This document shows, one piece after another, positions 31,362 to 40,407 of a stretch of 64,000 nt of DNA; positions within the stretch are counted from its first letter, which is position 1; each line of letters starts with the position of its first letter. The translations under genes were made by a program, and so were the position numbers. This stretch comes from an uncultured Elusimicrobia bacterium (GTDB lineage Bacteria; Elusimicrobiota; Elusimicrobia; FEN-1173): the NCBI GenBank assembly GCA_964484135.1, contig CAZAEL010000003.1, forward strand, positions 4,306 through 68,305, written 5' to 3'. A model generated the notes under the pieces. That model saw only the letters and a program-made list of their open reading frames with translations. It made no database searches and was not told where the DNA came from.

Positions 31362-32640
31362 GTCTTCTCCGCCCGGCATCCGTCTGGGGCTGGACCGGGT
31401 GCGCCGGGCCCTGGAGCTTTTGGGCCACCCGGAGGACGATTTCGCCGCGGTCCTGGTGGCCGGCACCAACGGCAAGGGGTCCGTGTCGGCCATGACCGAG
31501 TCCGTCCTCCACTGCGCGGGGTACCGCACGGGGCTGTTCACCTCTCCCCACCTGGTGGATGTGCGCGAGCGGGTGCGGGTGGACGGCCGGGAGATTTCCG
31601 CTCCGGACTGGGCCCGCCTGCTGCGGCGGGTCCGCGGCGCGGCGCGGCGCGGCCGGGTCGGTTTGACGGAGTTTGAAACCGAGGCCTTGGTGGCCTTCCT
31701 CCATTTCCGGGAAAAGAAAGTGGAAATCGCGGTGGTGGAGGTGGGTCTGGGCGGGCGGCTGGACGCCACCAACGCCCTGCCGGCGCCGGAGGCCACGGCC
31801 ATCACCTCCATCGGCCACGACCACCTGGAATGGCTGGGTCCGACGCTGAAGGACGTTTTCCGCGAGAAGGCGGCGATCTCGCGGCCGGGGATCCCCTGCT
31901 TTCAGTCCCTGTCGGGGGCGCTTCGCGGGATGGGCCGCCGTTTCTGCCGGGAGCGCTTGGTCCCCGGCCGCTGGCTGCCGGAACATGCGGCGCCTTCTTT
32001 CCGTCGCAGGGATTGGAAGCGCTTGCGGCAGGTTTTCGACGTGCGGTTGCCGGGGGCGACGTACCGGGGGTTGGAAATTCCTCTTTTGGGTCCCCACCAG
32101 CTGAACAACGCGGCCCTGGCCGTGGGCCTGTGCGACGCGCTTCGGCGACGGGGTTGGCGGTTGTCCGAAACGCACGTCCGGCGGGGGTTGGCGTCGGTCC
32201 GGTGGCCGGGCCGGTTCCAGGTGGTGAAAGGGCGGGGCCCCCTGTTGATCCTGGACGGCGCCCATAACCCGGAAGGTGTGGAATCCCTGGTGGAGTCGTA
32301 CCGATCCTCTCCCTGGGGGGACCGCACCGCCACCCTGATCTTCGGCTGTTTGCGGGACAAGGACGCGCGGGGGATGATCCGGCGGCTCCGCCCCTGGGTC
32401 CATCGCGTCCTGGCGGTGCCGCTTCCGTCGCCCCGCGGCCGGAGCGTTGAGGAGCTTTGTTCGCTTTGGCGGACCGGAACGCCGGTCCGGCCCTGCGGGA
32501 GTTTTGCCGAGGCCTGGAAGGAGGCCCGGAAGGAGCCGGGGGGGCCCGTGCTCGCGGTGGGATCCCTTTATTTGGTGGGGGAAGCGCTCAGGGCCCTTCG
32601 TTGTCCGGTTTTCAGCGAAAGACATCCCGGGAGAGAGTGA
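31348..32640 (+). CDS. folC: Bifunctional folylpolyglutamate synthase / dihydrofolate synthase (start uncertain, TTG in ORF track)
   Basis: VLVAGTNGKGSV P-loop and Mur-ligase core. Conserved accD-folC synteny. Confidence 0.8.
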   Translation: MRKAKSSPPGIRLGLDRVRRALELLGHPEDDFAAVLVAGTNGKGSVSAMTESVLHCAGYRTGLFTSPHLVDVRERVRVDGREISAPDWARLLRRVRGAARRGRVGLTEFETEALVAFLHFREKKVEIAVVEVGLGGRLDATNALPAPEATAITSIGHDHLEWLGPTLKDVFREKAAISRPGIPCFQSLSGALRGMGRRFCRERLVPGRWLPEHAAPSFRRRDWKRLRQVFDVRLPGATYRGLEIPLLGPHQLNNAALAVGLCDALRRRGWRLSETHVRRGLASVRWPGRFQVVKGRGPLLILDGAHNPEGVESLVESYRSSPWGDRTATLIFGCLRDKDARGMIRRLRPWVHRVLAVPLPSPRGRSVEELCSLWRTGTPVRPCGSFAEAWKEARKEPGGPVLAVGSLYLVGEALRALRCPVFSERHPGRE

Positions 32641-32647
32641 GGTCCTC

Positions 32648-33556
32648 ATGAAACGCGGTTTGCGGCTGGGCATTGATCTGGGGGGGACGCAGGTGAAGCT
32701 GGCCCTGGTGGATGGGGGCGGACGGGTGGTCTCCCTGAAGAAGGTGGATACCCCGCCGGTGCCGCGGGCCATGGTGTCGGCCATCAAGAAAACGTTGGCG
32801 CCCTGGTTCGATCGTTCCTTGCTGGGCACGGGCGTGGGCGTGGCCGGGGACGTGGATTCGCACAGGGGCGTGGTCCGCATTTCTCCGAACCTGGGATGGA
32901 AGAACGTTCCGCTCAAGAAAATGTTTTCGGAAGCCGGGCTGCCGCGCCCCTTGTACGTGGAGAACGACGCCACGGCCGCGGCCTGGGGGGCCTACCACGT
33001 GGAGCTCAAGCGCCGGTCCCGCAACCTGATCGTCCTGACCCTGGGGACGGGCGTGGGCGGCGGTTTGGTCCTGGAGGACCGCCTTTATCGCGGGGCATCG
33101 GGTTCCGCCGGGGAACTGGGCCACATGGTCATAGACCCGAAGGGACCGGCCTGTCCCTGCGGCACCCGGGGGTGCCTGGAAAGTTTCGTGGGGGGCGTCC
33201 AGCTGGTGCGGTACGCGCGGCGGTCTTTCCGCCGGGAGGGCAAGCCCGTGCCCGCGGAGCTGACCCCCCACGTCCTGTACCGGGCCGCGCGCCGGGGGGA
33301 GAAAGCGGCCAAACGCGTGTGGGAACGGGTGGGGCGGGCGCTGGGGACCGGCCTGTCCAACCTGATCAACATCCTGAACCCGGACACGGTCCTGCTCTGC
33401 GGCGGGGTGGCCGGCGCGGCCCCGCTTTTCCTGCCCCATGCCCGGGCGGAGATGGAACGCAGCGGTTTCGCGGCGGCCCGCCGGGCCGTGCGCCTTCGCG
33501 TCTCCACCCAAAACCAGCATCTGGGCGTGGTGGGCGCCGCCCTGTTGGTCCCCTGA
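32648..33556 (+). CDS. glk: ROK family glucokinase
   Basis: LGIDLGGTQVKLALVD, GTGVGGGLV and Zn motif CPCGTRGCLE. Confidence 0.8.
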   Translation: MKRGLRLGIDLGGTQVKLALVDGGGRVVSLKKVDTPPVPRAMVSAIKKTLAPWFDRSLLGTGVGVAGDVDSHRGVVRISPNLGWKNVPLKKMFSEAGLPRPLYVENDATAAAWGAYHVELKRRSRNLIVLTLGTGVGGGLVLEDRLYRGASGSAGELGHMVIDPKGPACPCGTRGCLESFVGGVQLVRYARRSFRREGKPVPAELTPHVLYRAARRGEKAAKRVWERVGRALGTGLSNLINILNPDTVLLCGGVAGAAPLFLPHARAEMERSGFAAARRAVRLRVSTQNQHLGVVGAALLVP

Positions 33557-33600
33557 GACACATCCCGGTTCCGCGGCCGTCCCGCCCCTTTCCGGGGCTT

Positions 33601-35676
33601 TTGTGGCTGTTGTCCGGGGCGGCGGCGTTCTTGCTGTCCTCCGTCCCTCTTTCCGCGGAAGAAAGCGCCGTCCGCCTCAGCAGCGGAACCCTCACCTGCG
33701 ACTACCTTGAGTTTCGTTCCACGTCCAACGTGATCCTGGCGCGGGAGGACGTGGTCCTCGTGTCCAGCGGCACGCGCCTGCGGGCGGACGAGATGACCGT
33801 TTTCCTGGACAGCCACACCGCTTTCGCGGTCGGGCGCGTCAACCTGCAGGAGGGGGAAAGGCTGCTCCTGTCGGAAAGCGCGGAATACGACTGGGAACGG
33901 TCCACCGGCGTCGTCCAGCGGGGATATTTGGAGGAGCCGCCGTGGCGTTTGTGGGGACGGGAGATGCGGCGCGACGGGCCCGACCGGTTCCGCATGGAGC
34001 GCGTGGCCGTGACCAACTGCGACCTGGACCCGCCCCATTACCATTTCCGGGGAAGCCGCGGGCGGTACGTGCCCAAGAAGCGGGCCACGGTCTTCAGCGG
34101 CGCCCTGGCGCTGGAGGACACGCCCGCGTTCTACCTCCCTTTCTGGACGCGCTCCCTCAGGCCGCGGCGCTGGTCCCTGCGGATCGATCCGGGCCGGGAC
34201 AACCGCAACGGATACTTCGCCAAATCGGTCTTCGGATATCCGCTCACGGAAAACACGTACGGCCGGCTCTATTGGGACCATTTCGAGAAGACGGGCAACG
34301 GCTGGGGGGCGGAGTACAACTATTTCCGCCCGGACATCAAGGGATCGTTATACGGGTACCGCATCAAGGACCGCAAGTCACAAACCGAACGCTGGAACGC
34401 GCGTTTGGGCCATTGGCAGCAGCTCCGCCCCCGCTGGTCTTTGCACGCCAACGCCGTGTTCCAGAGCGACTCGGATTTCAACAACCGGTATTTCCGCAGC
34501 GACTATGAGCGCGTCCGCCGCACCGCCGCCTCCGACGCCGGGCTTACTTATCAGAGCGGGTATTACGGCGGCAGCCTCTCCGTCCAGGAGGACCAGGTTT
34601 TCGATCCGGCCAAGAACCGTTTTGTCCGGCAGAAGACCGTGCTGCCCAGGCTGAACCTCCAGTCCTCGCCGCTGCAGTTGGGCAAGTCGGGGATCTACAC
34701 GACTCTGGGCGGAAGCTTCCGGAACGAGTACGCCCGCCCGCCGGACCCCATTCTCCCGGACAAGGACATGTTCCGGCAGTTCGGGAACGCCTCCTGGTCC
34801 CTGTCGCGGCAGACGCGGGTGACCCGCAAGATCACCTTCACGCCGTCCGTCGGAGCGTCGGCGGATTGGCAGTCCTGGCAGGACGCGGGCGCCGGCGTCG
34901 ACCGCCGCGACCTGTACCAGGGCCGCGCCTTCACCGGGGCCAACCTGCGCCAGCGCGTGACCCGGCGGCTGGACTACGACCTGACCCACACGTACCGCGT
35001 CCGCATGGCGCCCAACCGTCTGAGGAGGGACCACGCCGGCGCCCCGGACCGGGGGATCGAGGCGAACAGCCTGGGGCTTTTCCTTTCCTATCGGCGGGGC
35101 GGCCTCCTGTGGGTCCGCGCCAATTCGGGGTACGACCTGCGCACCGTGGACGGCCGGCCCATCCGCAGCGTGCGCGAGAAAATCACCCCGCCGATGGCGG
35201 AGGTGAGCCTGACGCCGGCCCGCCGGCTCTCCTTCTTCTACCGGCAGAGCCAGCTCCTCTTCCCGGCGCGGCGTCCCGAGACCAGCCAGTTTTCCATGAC
35301 CATGGGCAGACGGGACAGGACCCACTTCCTCTCCGGCTGGAGCTACAACGTGGGCACGCCCCACCAGCTCCAGGTGCGGCACGGGGCCTCCTTTTTCCTC
35401 ACGCGCGGCTGGTGGCTGGACGGCGGCGTCCAGTACAACGCCAAGGGGCCCCGGCGGACGCGCTACGATTCGGTCCAGATCATCGAAAAATACCTCATCC
35501 TCAAGCGGAGCCTCCACTGCTGGCAGGTGCGCGTGGAGACGCGGGAGCGCCTGGACACCAAGGAGATCTTTTTCCGGGTGGACCTGAAGACCGATCTGGA
35601 GGTCCGCCGGGCCCTGGCCGCGGAGGACGAGGAGCAGTTCTATCCCGCGCGCGAGCGGGAGAGCGTCATCCCTTGA
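33601..35676 (+). CDS. lptD: LPS-assembly protein LptD-like outer membrane protein (start codon uncertain; TTG 33601 or 33610 before a signal peptide LWLLSGAAAFLLSSVPLSA)
   Basis: OstA-like N-terminal domain (LTCDYLEF ... NVILAREDVVLVSSGTRLRADEMTVF ... VGRVNLQEGERLL) followed by ~500 aa with beta-barrel character. Confidence 0.6.
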   Translation: MWLLSGAAAFLLSSVPLSAEESAVRLSSGTLTCDYLEFRSTSNVILAREDVVLVSSGTRLRADEMTVFLDSHTAFAVGRVNLQEGERLLLSESAEYDWERSTGVVQRGYLEEPPWRLWGREMRRDGPDRFRMERVAVTNCDLDPPHYHFRGSRGRYVPKKRATVFSGALALEDTPAFYLPFWTRSLRPRRWSLRIDPGRDNRNGYFAKSVFGYPLTENTYGRLYWDHFEKTGNGWGAEYNYFRPDIKGSLYGYRIKDRKSQTERWNARLGHWQQLRPRWSLHANAVFQSDSDFNNRYFRSDYERVRRTAASDAGLTYQSGYYGGSLSVQEDQVFDPAKNRFVRQKTVLPRLNLQSSPLQLGKSGIYTTLGGSFRNEYARPPDPILPDKDMFRQFGNASWSLSRQTRVTRKITFTPSVGASADWQSWQDAGAGVDRRDLYQGRAFTGANLRQRVTRRLDYDLTHTYRVRMAPNRLRRDHAGAPDRGIEANSLGLFLSYRRGGLLWVRANSGYDLRTVDGRPIRSVREKITPPMAEVSLTPARRLSFFYRQSQLLFPARRPETSQFSMTMGRRDRTHFLSGWSYNVGTPHQLQVRHGASFFLTRGWWLDGGVQYNAKGPRRTRYDSVQIIEKYLILKRSLHCWQVRVETRERLDTKEIFFRVDLKTDLEVRRALAAEDEEQFYPARERESVIP

Positions 35677-35678
35677 CC

Positions 35679-35706
35679 GCGCCTCCCTTGCCCGGAGGCT
35701 CTTTTT
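35679..35706 (+). terminator. Intrinsic terminator after lptD
   Basis: GCCTCC-CTTGCCC-GGAGGC hairpin followed by TCTTTTTG. Confidence 0.55.
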
Positions 35707-35786
35707 GAACTATGATGTGGCGTCATTTTTCGTCGGTGCGGGATCACGGTCGAACGCCGCGCCATAGAAGAGAAAGGAAATAAAAG

Positions 35787-36719
35787 ATGAGACATTGGCT
35801 TGTGACCGGCGGCGCCGGTTTCATCGGGTCCCACGTGTCCGCGCGGCTGCGGGAACGGGGGGAATTCGTCACGGTCCTGGACAACCTGGAGACCGGCACG
35901 CGGGACAACCTGCGCTTCGCCCGTCCGAACCGCTTCGTGCGCGGCGACATCCGGAACCCCGCCGCGGTGCGGCGCGCCCTCTCCGGCGTCAGCGTCGTGG
36001 CGCACCAGGCCGCGCTCCGGTCCGTGCCCCGGTCCCTGGACGACCCCCTGTCCTCCAACGACGTGAACGTGCGGGGCACCCTCACCCTTCTTCTGGAGTC
36101 CAGCCGCGCCCGCGTCAAGCGGTTCGTGTCCGCCTCCTCCTCCTCCGTGTACGGCAACGGCCGGGTCTTCCCCCAGAAGGAGACCCTGCCGGTGGCGCCC
36201 ATTTCGCCCTACGCCGTGACCAAGGCCGCGGGGGAGGAATACTGCCGCATGTTCTGGCGCACCTACGGTCTGGAGACGGTGTCCTTGAGATACTTCAACG
36301 TGTTCGGGCCCCGCCAGGACCCCAAGTCCAAATACGCGGCCGTGATCCCCAAGTTCATCCTGGCGGCGCTCAGGGACGAACCCCTCGAAATCCACGGCGA
36401 CGGCAAGCAGTCGCGGGACTTCACGTACGTGGACAACGTCGTCCGGGCCAATTTCCTGGCGGGCACGCGGCCCCTGAAGGAGCCCAAGGCCTACAACGTG
36501 GCCGTGGCCGAGAGCCATTCCCTGCTGGACATCGTGGCCGTGATCGAGGATGTCCTGGGGAAGAAGGTCAAGAAGCGGTTCACGCCGCCCCGACGGGGCG
36601 ACGTGCGCAGGACCTTCGCCAGCATCGCCTCCATCCGCCGGGACCTGGGATACAGGCCGGCCTGGAGTTTCGACGCCGGCCTGCGGGAAACCATCGCCTA
36701 TTTCCGGTCCCGCGCATGA
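35787..36719 (+). CDS. NAD-dependent epimerase/dehydratase (WbpP/TviC-like UDP-sugar 4-epimerase family)
   Basis: [13 protein letters not shown] ... SSSSVYG ... YAVTKAAGE (YxxxK) extended-SDR pattern. Confidence 0.8.
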   Translation: MRHWLVTGGAGFIGSHVSARLRERGEFVTVLDNLETGTRDNLRFARPNRFVRGDIRNPAAVRRALSGVSVVAHQAALRSVPRSLDDPLSSNDVNVRGTLTLLLESSRARVKRFVSASSSSVYGNGRVFPQKETLPVAPISPYAVTKAAGEEYCRMFWRTYGLETVSLRYFNVFGPRQDPKSKYAAVIPKFILAALRDEPLEIHGDGKQSRDFTYVDNVVRANFLAGTRPLKEPKAYNVAVAESHSLLDIVAVIEDVLGKKVKKRFTPPRRGDVRRTFASIASIRRDLGYRPAWSFDAGLRETIAYFRSRA

Positions 36720-37744
36720 GGATCCTGGTCACCGGCGGCGCCGGTTTCATCGGGTCCCATTTCGTCAAGCATTGGCTGGGCAAACACCGCGAGGGGGCCG
36801 TCGTCAACCTGGACAAGCTGACCTACGCCGGCAACCTGGAGAATTTGAGAGAGGTCATGGGGTCGCCCCGGCACCGTTTCATCCGCGGCGACATCCGGAA
36901 CGCGGCCATGCTGAAGAAGGCCCTGCGCGGCGTGGACGGCGTGGTCCATCTGGCGGCCGAGACGCACGTGGACCGCTCCATCCTGGACGCCGGCGCCTTC
37001 ATCCAGACCAACGTCCAAGGCACGTACAACCTGGTGAACGCGGCCCGCGAGGCGGGGATCCGGCGGTTCTTGCACGTGTCCACGGACGAGGTGTACGGCT
37101 CCGTCCCGCGGGGAAAGACCGACGAAGACCACCCCTTGAATCCTTCCAGTCCTTACGCCGCCTCCAAGGCGGCTTCGGACCACATGGCCCTGTCCCAGTT
37201 CTGGACCCACGGGTATCCCGTCATGGTCACCCGCTGCACCAACAATTACGGTCCCTATCAATACCCGGAAAAGTTCCTCCCGCTTTTCATCACCAACGCC
37301 CTGGAGGACCGCCCCCTGCCCCTGTACGGCCGGGGCCTGAACGTGCGGAACTGGGTTCACGTGCTGGACCATTGCGAGGCCCTGGACTTGGTTCTGCGGA
37401 AAGGGCGCGGCGGGGAAATCTACAACGTGGCGGCGGAGGAGGAGCGGCGGAACATCGACGTGGCCCGGGACATCCTGCGGGCCCTGGGCAAGCCCCTTTC
37501 CCTCATCCGGTTCGTCAAGGACAGGCCCGGCCATGACTTGCGGTACGCCCCGGACCCCGGAAAAATCCGGCGGGCCCTGGGCTGGCGGGCGCGCCGCTCC
37601 TTCCGGGAGGGGCTGCGGGAAACCATTGACTGGTACCGCCGAAACGAGAAATGGTGGCGGGCGTTGAAGGCGGACAGGGAGCGTTACAAAAAATATTACG
37701 CCCGCCAATACGCGGTGCGGCTGGGAAAGGGCGTGGAGAAATGA
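36716..37744 (+). CDS. rfbB: dTDP-glucose 4,6-dehydratase
   Basis: [13 protein letters not shown] ... HLAAETHVDRS ... STDEVYG ... YAASKAASD. ATGA overlap with the upstream gene. Confidence 0.8.
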   Translation: MRILVTGGAGFIGSHFVKHWLGKHREGAVVNLDKLTYAGNLENLREVMGSPRHRFIRGDIRNAAMLKKALRGVDGVVHLAAETHVDRSILDAGAFIQTNVQGTYNLVNAAREAGIRRFLHVSTDEVYGSVPRGKTDEDHPLNPSSPYAASKAASDHMALSQFWTHGYPVMVTRCTNNYGPYQYPEKFLPLFITNALEDRPLPLYGRGLNVRNWVHVLDHCEALDLVLRKGRGGEIYNVAAEEERRNIDVARDILRALGKPLSLIRFVKDRPGHDLRYAPDPGKIRRALGWRARRSFREGLRETIDWYRRNEKWWRALKADRERYKKYYARQYAVRLGKGVEK

Positions 37745-39057
37745 AAAAGCACGTGGCCGTCATCGGCACGGGGTACGTGGGCCTGGTGACGGGCGTCTGC
37801 CTGGCGGAGCTGGGCCATTCGGTGGTCTGCGTGGACAAGGACCGGGCCAAGGTCCGGGTCCTGCGGCAAGGGGGCGTCCCCATTTACGAGCCGGGGCTGG
37901 GGGCGCTTTTGAAGCGGAACCGCAAGGCGGGCCGGATTTCCTTCACGGATCAGATCCGGGAGGGGCTGAAACGGGCCGAGATCGTTTTCATCGCGGTCAA
38001 CACCCCGCCCCTGCCCAACGGGGAGGCGGACCTGTCCTTCGTGGAGGCGGTGGCCCGCGAAGTGTCCCGGAACCTGCGGCGGTACACCGTGGTGGTGGAG
38101 AAGTCCACGGTGCCCGTGGAGACCGGGGAGAAGATCCGGCAGACCATGCGGCTCTACGGGGCGGGACGGGGGGAATTCGACGTGGCCTCCAACCCCGAAT
38201 TCCTGCGCGAAGGCACCGCGGTCCAGGATTTCCTCAAGCCGGACCGCATCGTCATCGGCGTGGAGTCGAAGAGGGCCGAGACCCTCCTGCGGGAGCTTTA
38301 CGCCCCGCTCAAGGCGCCGCTCCTCGTCACGGACATCAAGAGCGCGGAGCTCATCAAGCACTCCTGCAACTCCTTTTTGGCCCTCAAAATCTCCTTCATC
38401 AACGCCGTGGCCAACATCTGCGAGCGGGTGGGCGCGGACGTGACCAAGGTGGCCGAGGGCATGGGCCACGACGTGCGCATCGGCCGGGACTTCCTCAAGG
38501 CCGGGGTGGGTTTCGGCGGGTCCTGCTTCCCCAAGGACCTGAACGCCTTCGTCAAGATGGCGGAACGGGCGGGATACAATTTCGAGCTCCTCAAGGCCGT
38601 GCAAAAGATCAACGGTCAGCAGCGCCTGTGGGTCCTGGACCGCCTCAAAAAGGCGTTGTGGACCCTGCGCGGCAAGACCGTCGGCGTCTGGGGGCTGGCC
38701 TTCAAGCCCGACACGGACGACCTGCGGAACGCCCCCGCCCTGGACATCATCCAGCGGCTTCAGGAGGAAGGCTGCCGCGTCCGGGCCTACGACCCCGTGG
38801 CCATGCCCAAGGCCCGTCCCCTCCTCAAGAAGGTCGTTTTCTGCAGGGACCCCTACGAGGCGGCCCGCGGCGCGGACGCCGTGGTCCTGGTGACGGATTG
38901 GAAGGAATTCAAGGCTTTGGACCTCCGGCGGGTGCGGTCCCTGGTGCGGACCCCGGTGCTGCTGGACGGCCGCAACCTGTACGACCCCGGCGCGGCGGTC
39001 CACTGGGGATTCGATTACCACAGCGTGGGACGTCCGACCCCCTCCGTCCCCGCCTAA
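37741..39057 (+). CDS. ugd: UDP-glucose 6-dehydrogenase
   Basis: VAVIGTGYVGLV ... catalytic GFGGSCFPKD ... UDPG_MGDP_dh C-terminus. ATGA overlap. Confidence 0.9.
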   Translation: MKKHVAVIGTGYVGLVTGVCLAELGHSVVCVDKDRAKVRVLRQGGVPIYEPGLGALLKRNRKAGRISFTDQIREGLKRAEIVFIAVNTPPLPNGEADLSFVEAVAREVSRNLRRYTVVVEKSTVPVETGEKIRQTMRLYGAGRGEFDVASNPEFLREGTAVQDFLKPDRIVIGVESKRAETLLRELYAPLKAPLLVTDIKSAELIKHSCNSFLALKISFINAVANICERVGADVTKVAEGMGHDVRIGRDFLKAGVGFGGSCFPKDLNAFVKMAERAGYNFELLKAVQKINGQQRLWVLDRLKKALWTLRGKTVGVWGLAFKPDTDDLRNAPALDIIQRLQEEGCRVRAYDPVAMPKARPLLKKVVFCRDPYEAARGADAVVLVTDWKEFKALDLRRVRSLVRTPVLLDGRNLYDPGAAVHWGFDYHSVGRPTPSVPA

Positions 39058-39108
39058 GACCCCTCCGTCCCTCCGCCCCGGCCCCTGTCCGGGACGCGGG
39101 CCCCTCCC

Positions 39109-40407
39109 ATGAACGACACCCCCCTGCTTTCCTTCGTTGACCGGCTCTACGTCCGGCTGACCGGGGAGCCCTCCTCGGAACGGGTCCGCGCCTTCGTTTC
39201 CCATCTGGGGTGGGTGTCCCTGGGTTTCGCCGTGGCCAAGGCCCTGACCGTGGCGGTCAACGTGCTGGCGGGCCGCTGGCTGGGACCGGCGGAGTACGGC
39301 CGGTACAACCTGGCCCTGTCCGTGGGGGCCTTCTCCTCGCCGCTCATGTTCGGGGGCCTGTACCTCTCCGTGGTCCGCGCTGCGTCCCCCGCCGCTCCGC
39401 GGGACAGGGGCCGGTTTTACGGGACCACCCTCACCCTGGCCGCCGGCATGGGCCTCCTCTGGGGCGCGGCGTTTTGGGCGCTCCGGGGCCCTTTGGGCCG
39501 GTGGCTGGGGACGCCGCCTTTCCTGTACGGAGAAGGGATCGCGTACGGGGCCGCGTACGGGATCTTCCTCCTGATGACCTCTTTCTTGCAGGCGGAGTCC
39601 GATTTTCGTCTGCGGGCTTTCTCCGAGATGGTCTTCGCCGCCGTGTTTCTGGCGGCGTTCCTGGCGTGGGGCCGGCTGGACGAAACCCATGTGTCCGCGG
39701 TGGGGGCGCTCATCGCGGGGTACGCGGCCGGGGGCCTTTATCTTCTGACGCGGGAAGGCAGGCTTTTCCGCTTCGGTTTTTCGCGGGACGCCGCCGCGGC
39801 CCTGATCTCCTACGGCGCGTGGGCCATGGTTTCCGCGCTCTGCCAGTCGTTCCAGATGTTCTTCCTGCGTTTCGTGGTGAACCGGCACCTTTCCGCGGCG
39901 GACGTGGGGCTGTTGAGCGCGTACACCCTGTCCTCTCTGTTCCTGGGGTTTTACCTGGCCTGGATCTTCACCCTCGTCCTGTTCCCGGCCGCCGCCGCCC
40001 ATCCGGACCGGGCCGCGTTGTGGCGAAAAATGCAAAAAGGCGGGGTGAGGCTGGCCCTGCCCCTGGCGGTTTTCTTCGGGCTGTCCCAGGCCGGGGCCCT
40101 GTGGGTTTTGGGCGACGATTACCTTTTCCGGTGGGACTTGCTGGCCCCCCTGTCCCTGACGGCGGTGGCGGCGGTGGGGCAGTCGGTCCTGAGCGGGTTG
40201 GCGGCGTCGGAGGGCGCAAGGGGGTTGCGGTGGACGGTGGGCGTGAACGCGGCCACGGCCCTGCTCACGGTCCTGATGGGGCTTTTCCTGATCCCGCGGT
40301 GGGGGTTGCGGGGGGCGGTGGCGACTTACCTGATCACGTACGCGGCGGGGCTTCTGCTTTTGATCCCCGCCCGAAAAATTTTGGAGCGCGCCCGCCCGGC
40401 CTTTTAG
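39109..40407 (+). CDS. Polysaccharide biosynthesis protein / Wzx-like flippase (MOP superfamily, multi-TM)
   Basis: 432 aa, ~12 predicted hydrophobic segments, located in a glycan locus. Confidence 0.6.
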   Translation: MNDTPLLSFVDRLYVRLTGEPSSERVRAFVSHLGWVSLGFAVAKALTVAVNVLAGRWLGPAEYGRYNLALSVGAFSSPLMFGGLYLSVVRAASPAAPRDRGRFYGTTLTLAAGMGLLWGAAFWALRGPLGRWLGTPPFLYGEGIAYGAAYGIFLLMTSFLQAESDFRLRAFSEMVFAAVFLAAFLAWGRLDETHVSAVGALIAGYAAGGLYLLTREGRLFRFGFSRDAAAALISYGAWAMVSALCQSFQMFFLRFVVNRHLSAADVGLLSAYTLSSLFLGFYLAWIFTLVLFPAAAAHPDRAALWRKMQKGGVRLALPLAVFFGLSQAGALWVLGDDYLFRWDLLAPLSLTAVAAVGQSVLSGLAASEGARGLRWTVGVNAATALLTVLMGLFLIPRWGLRGAVATYLITYAAGLLLLIPARKILERARPAF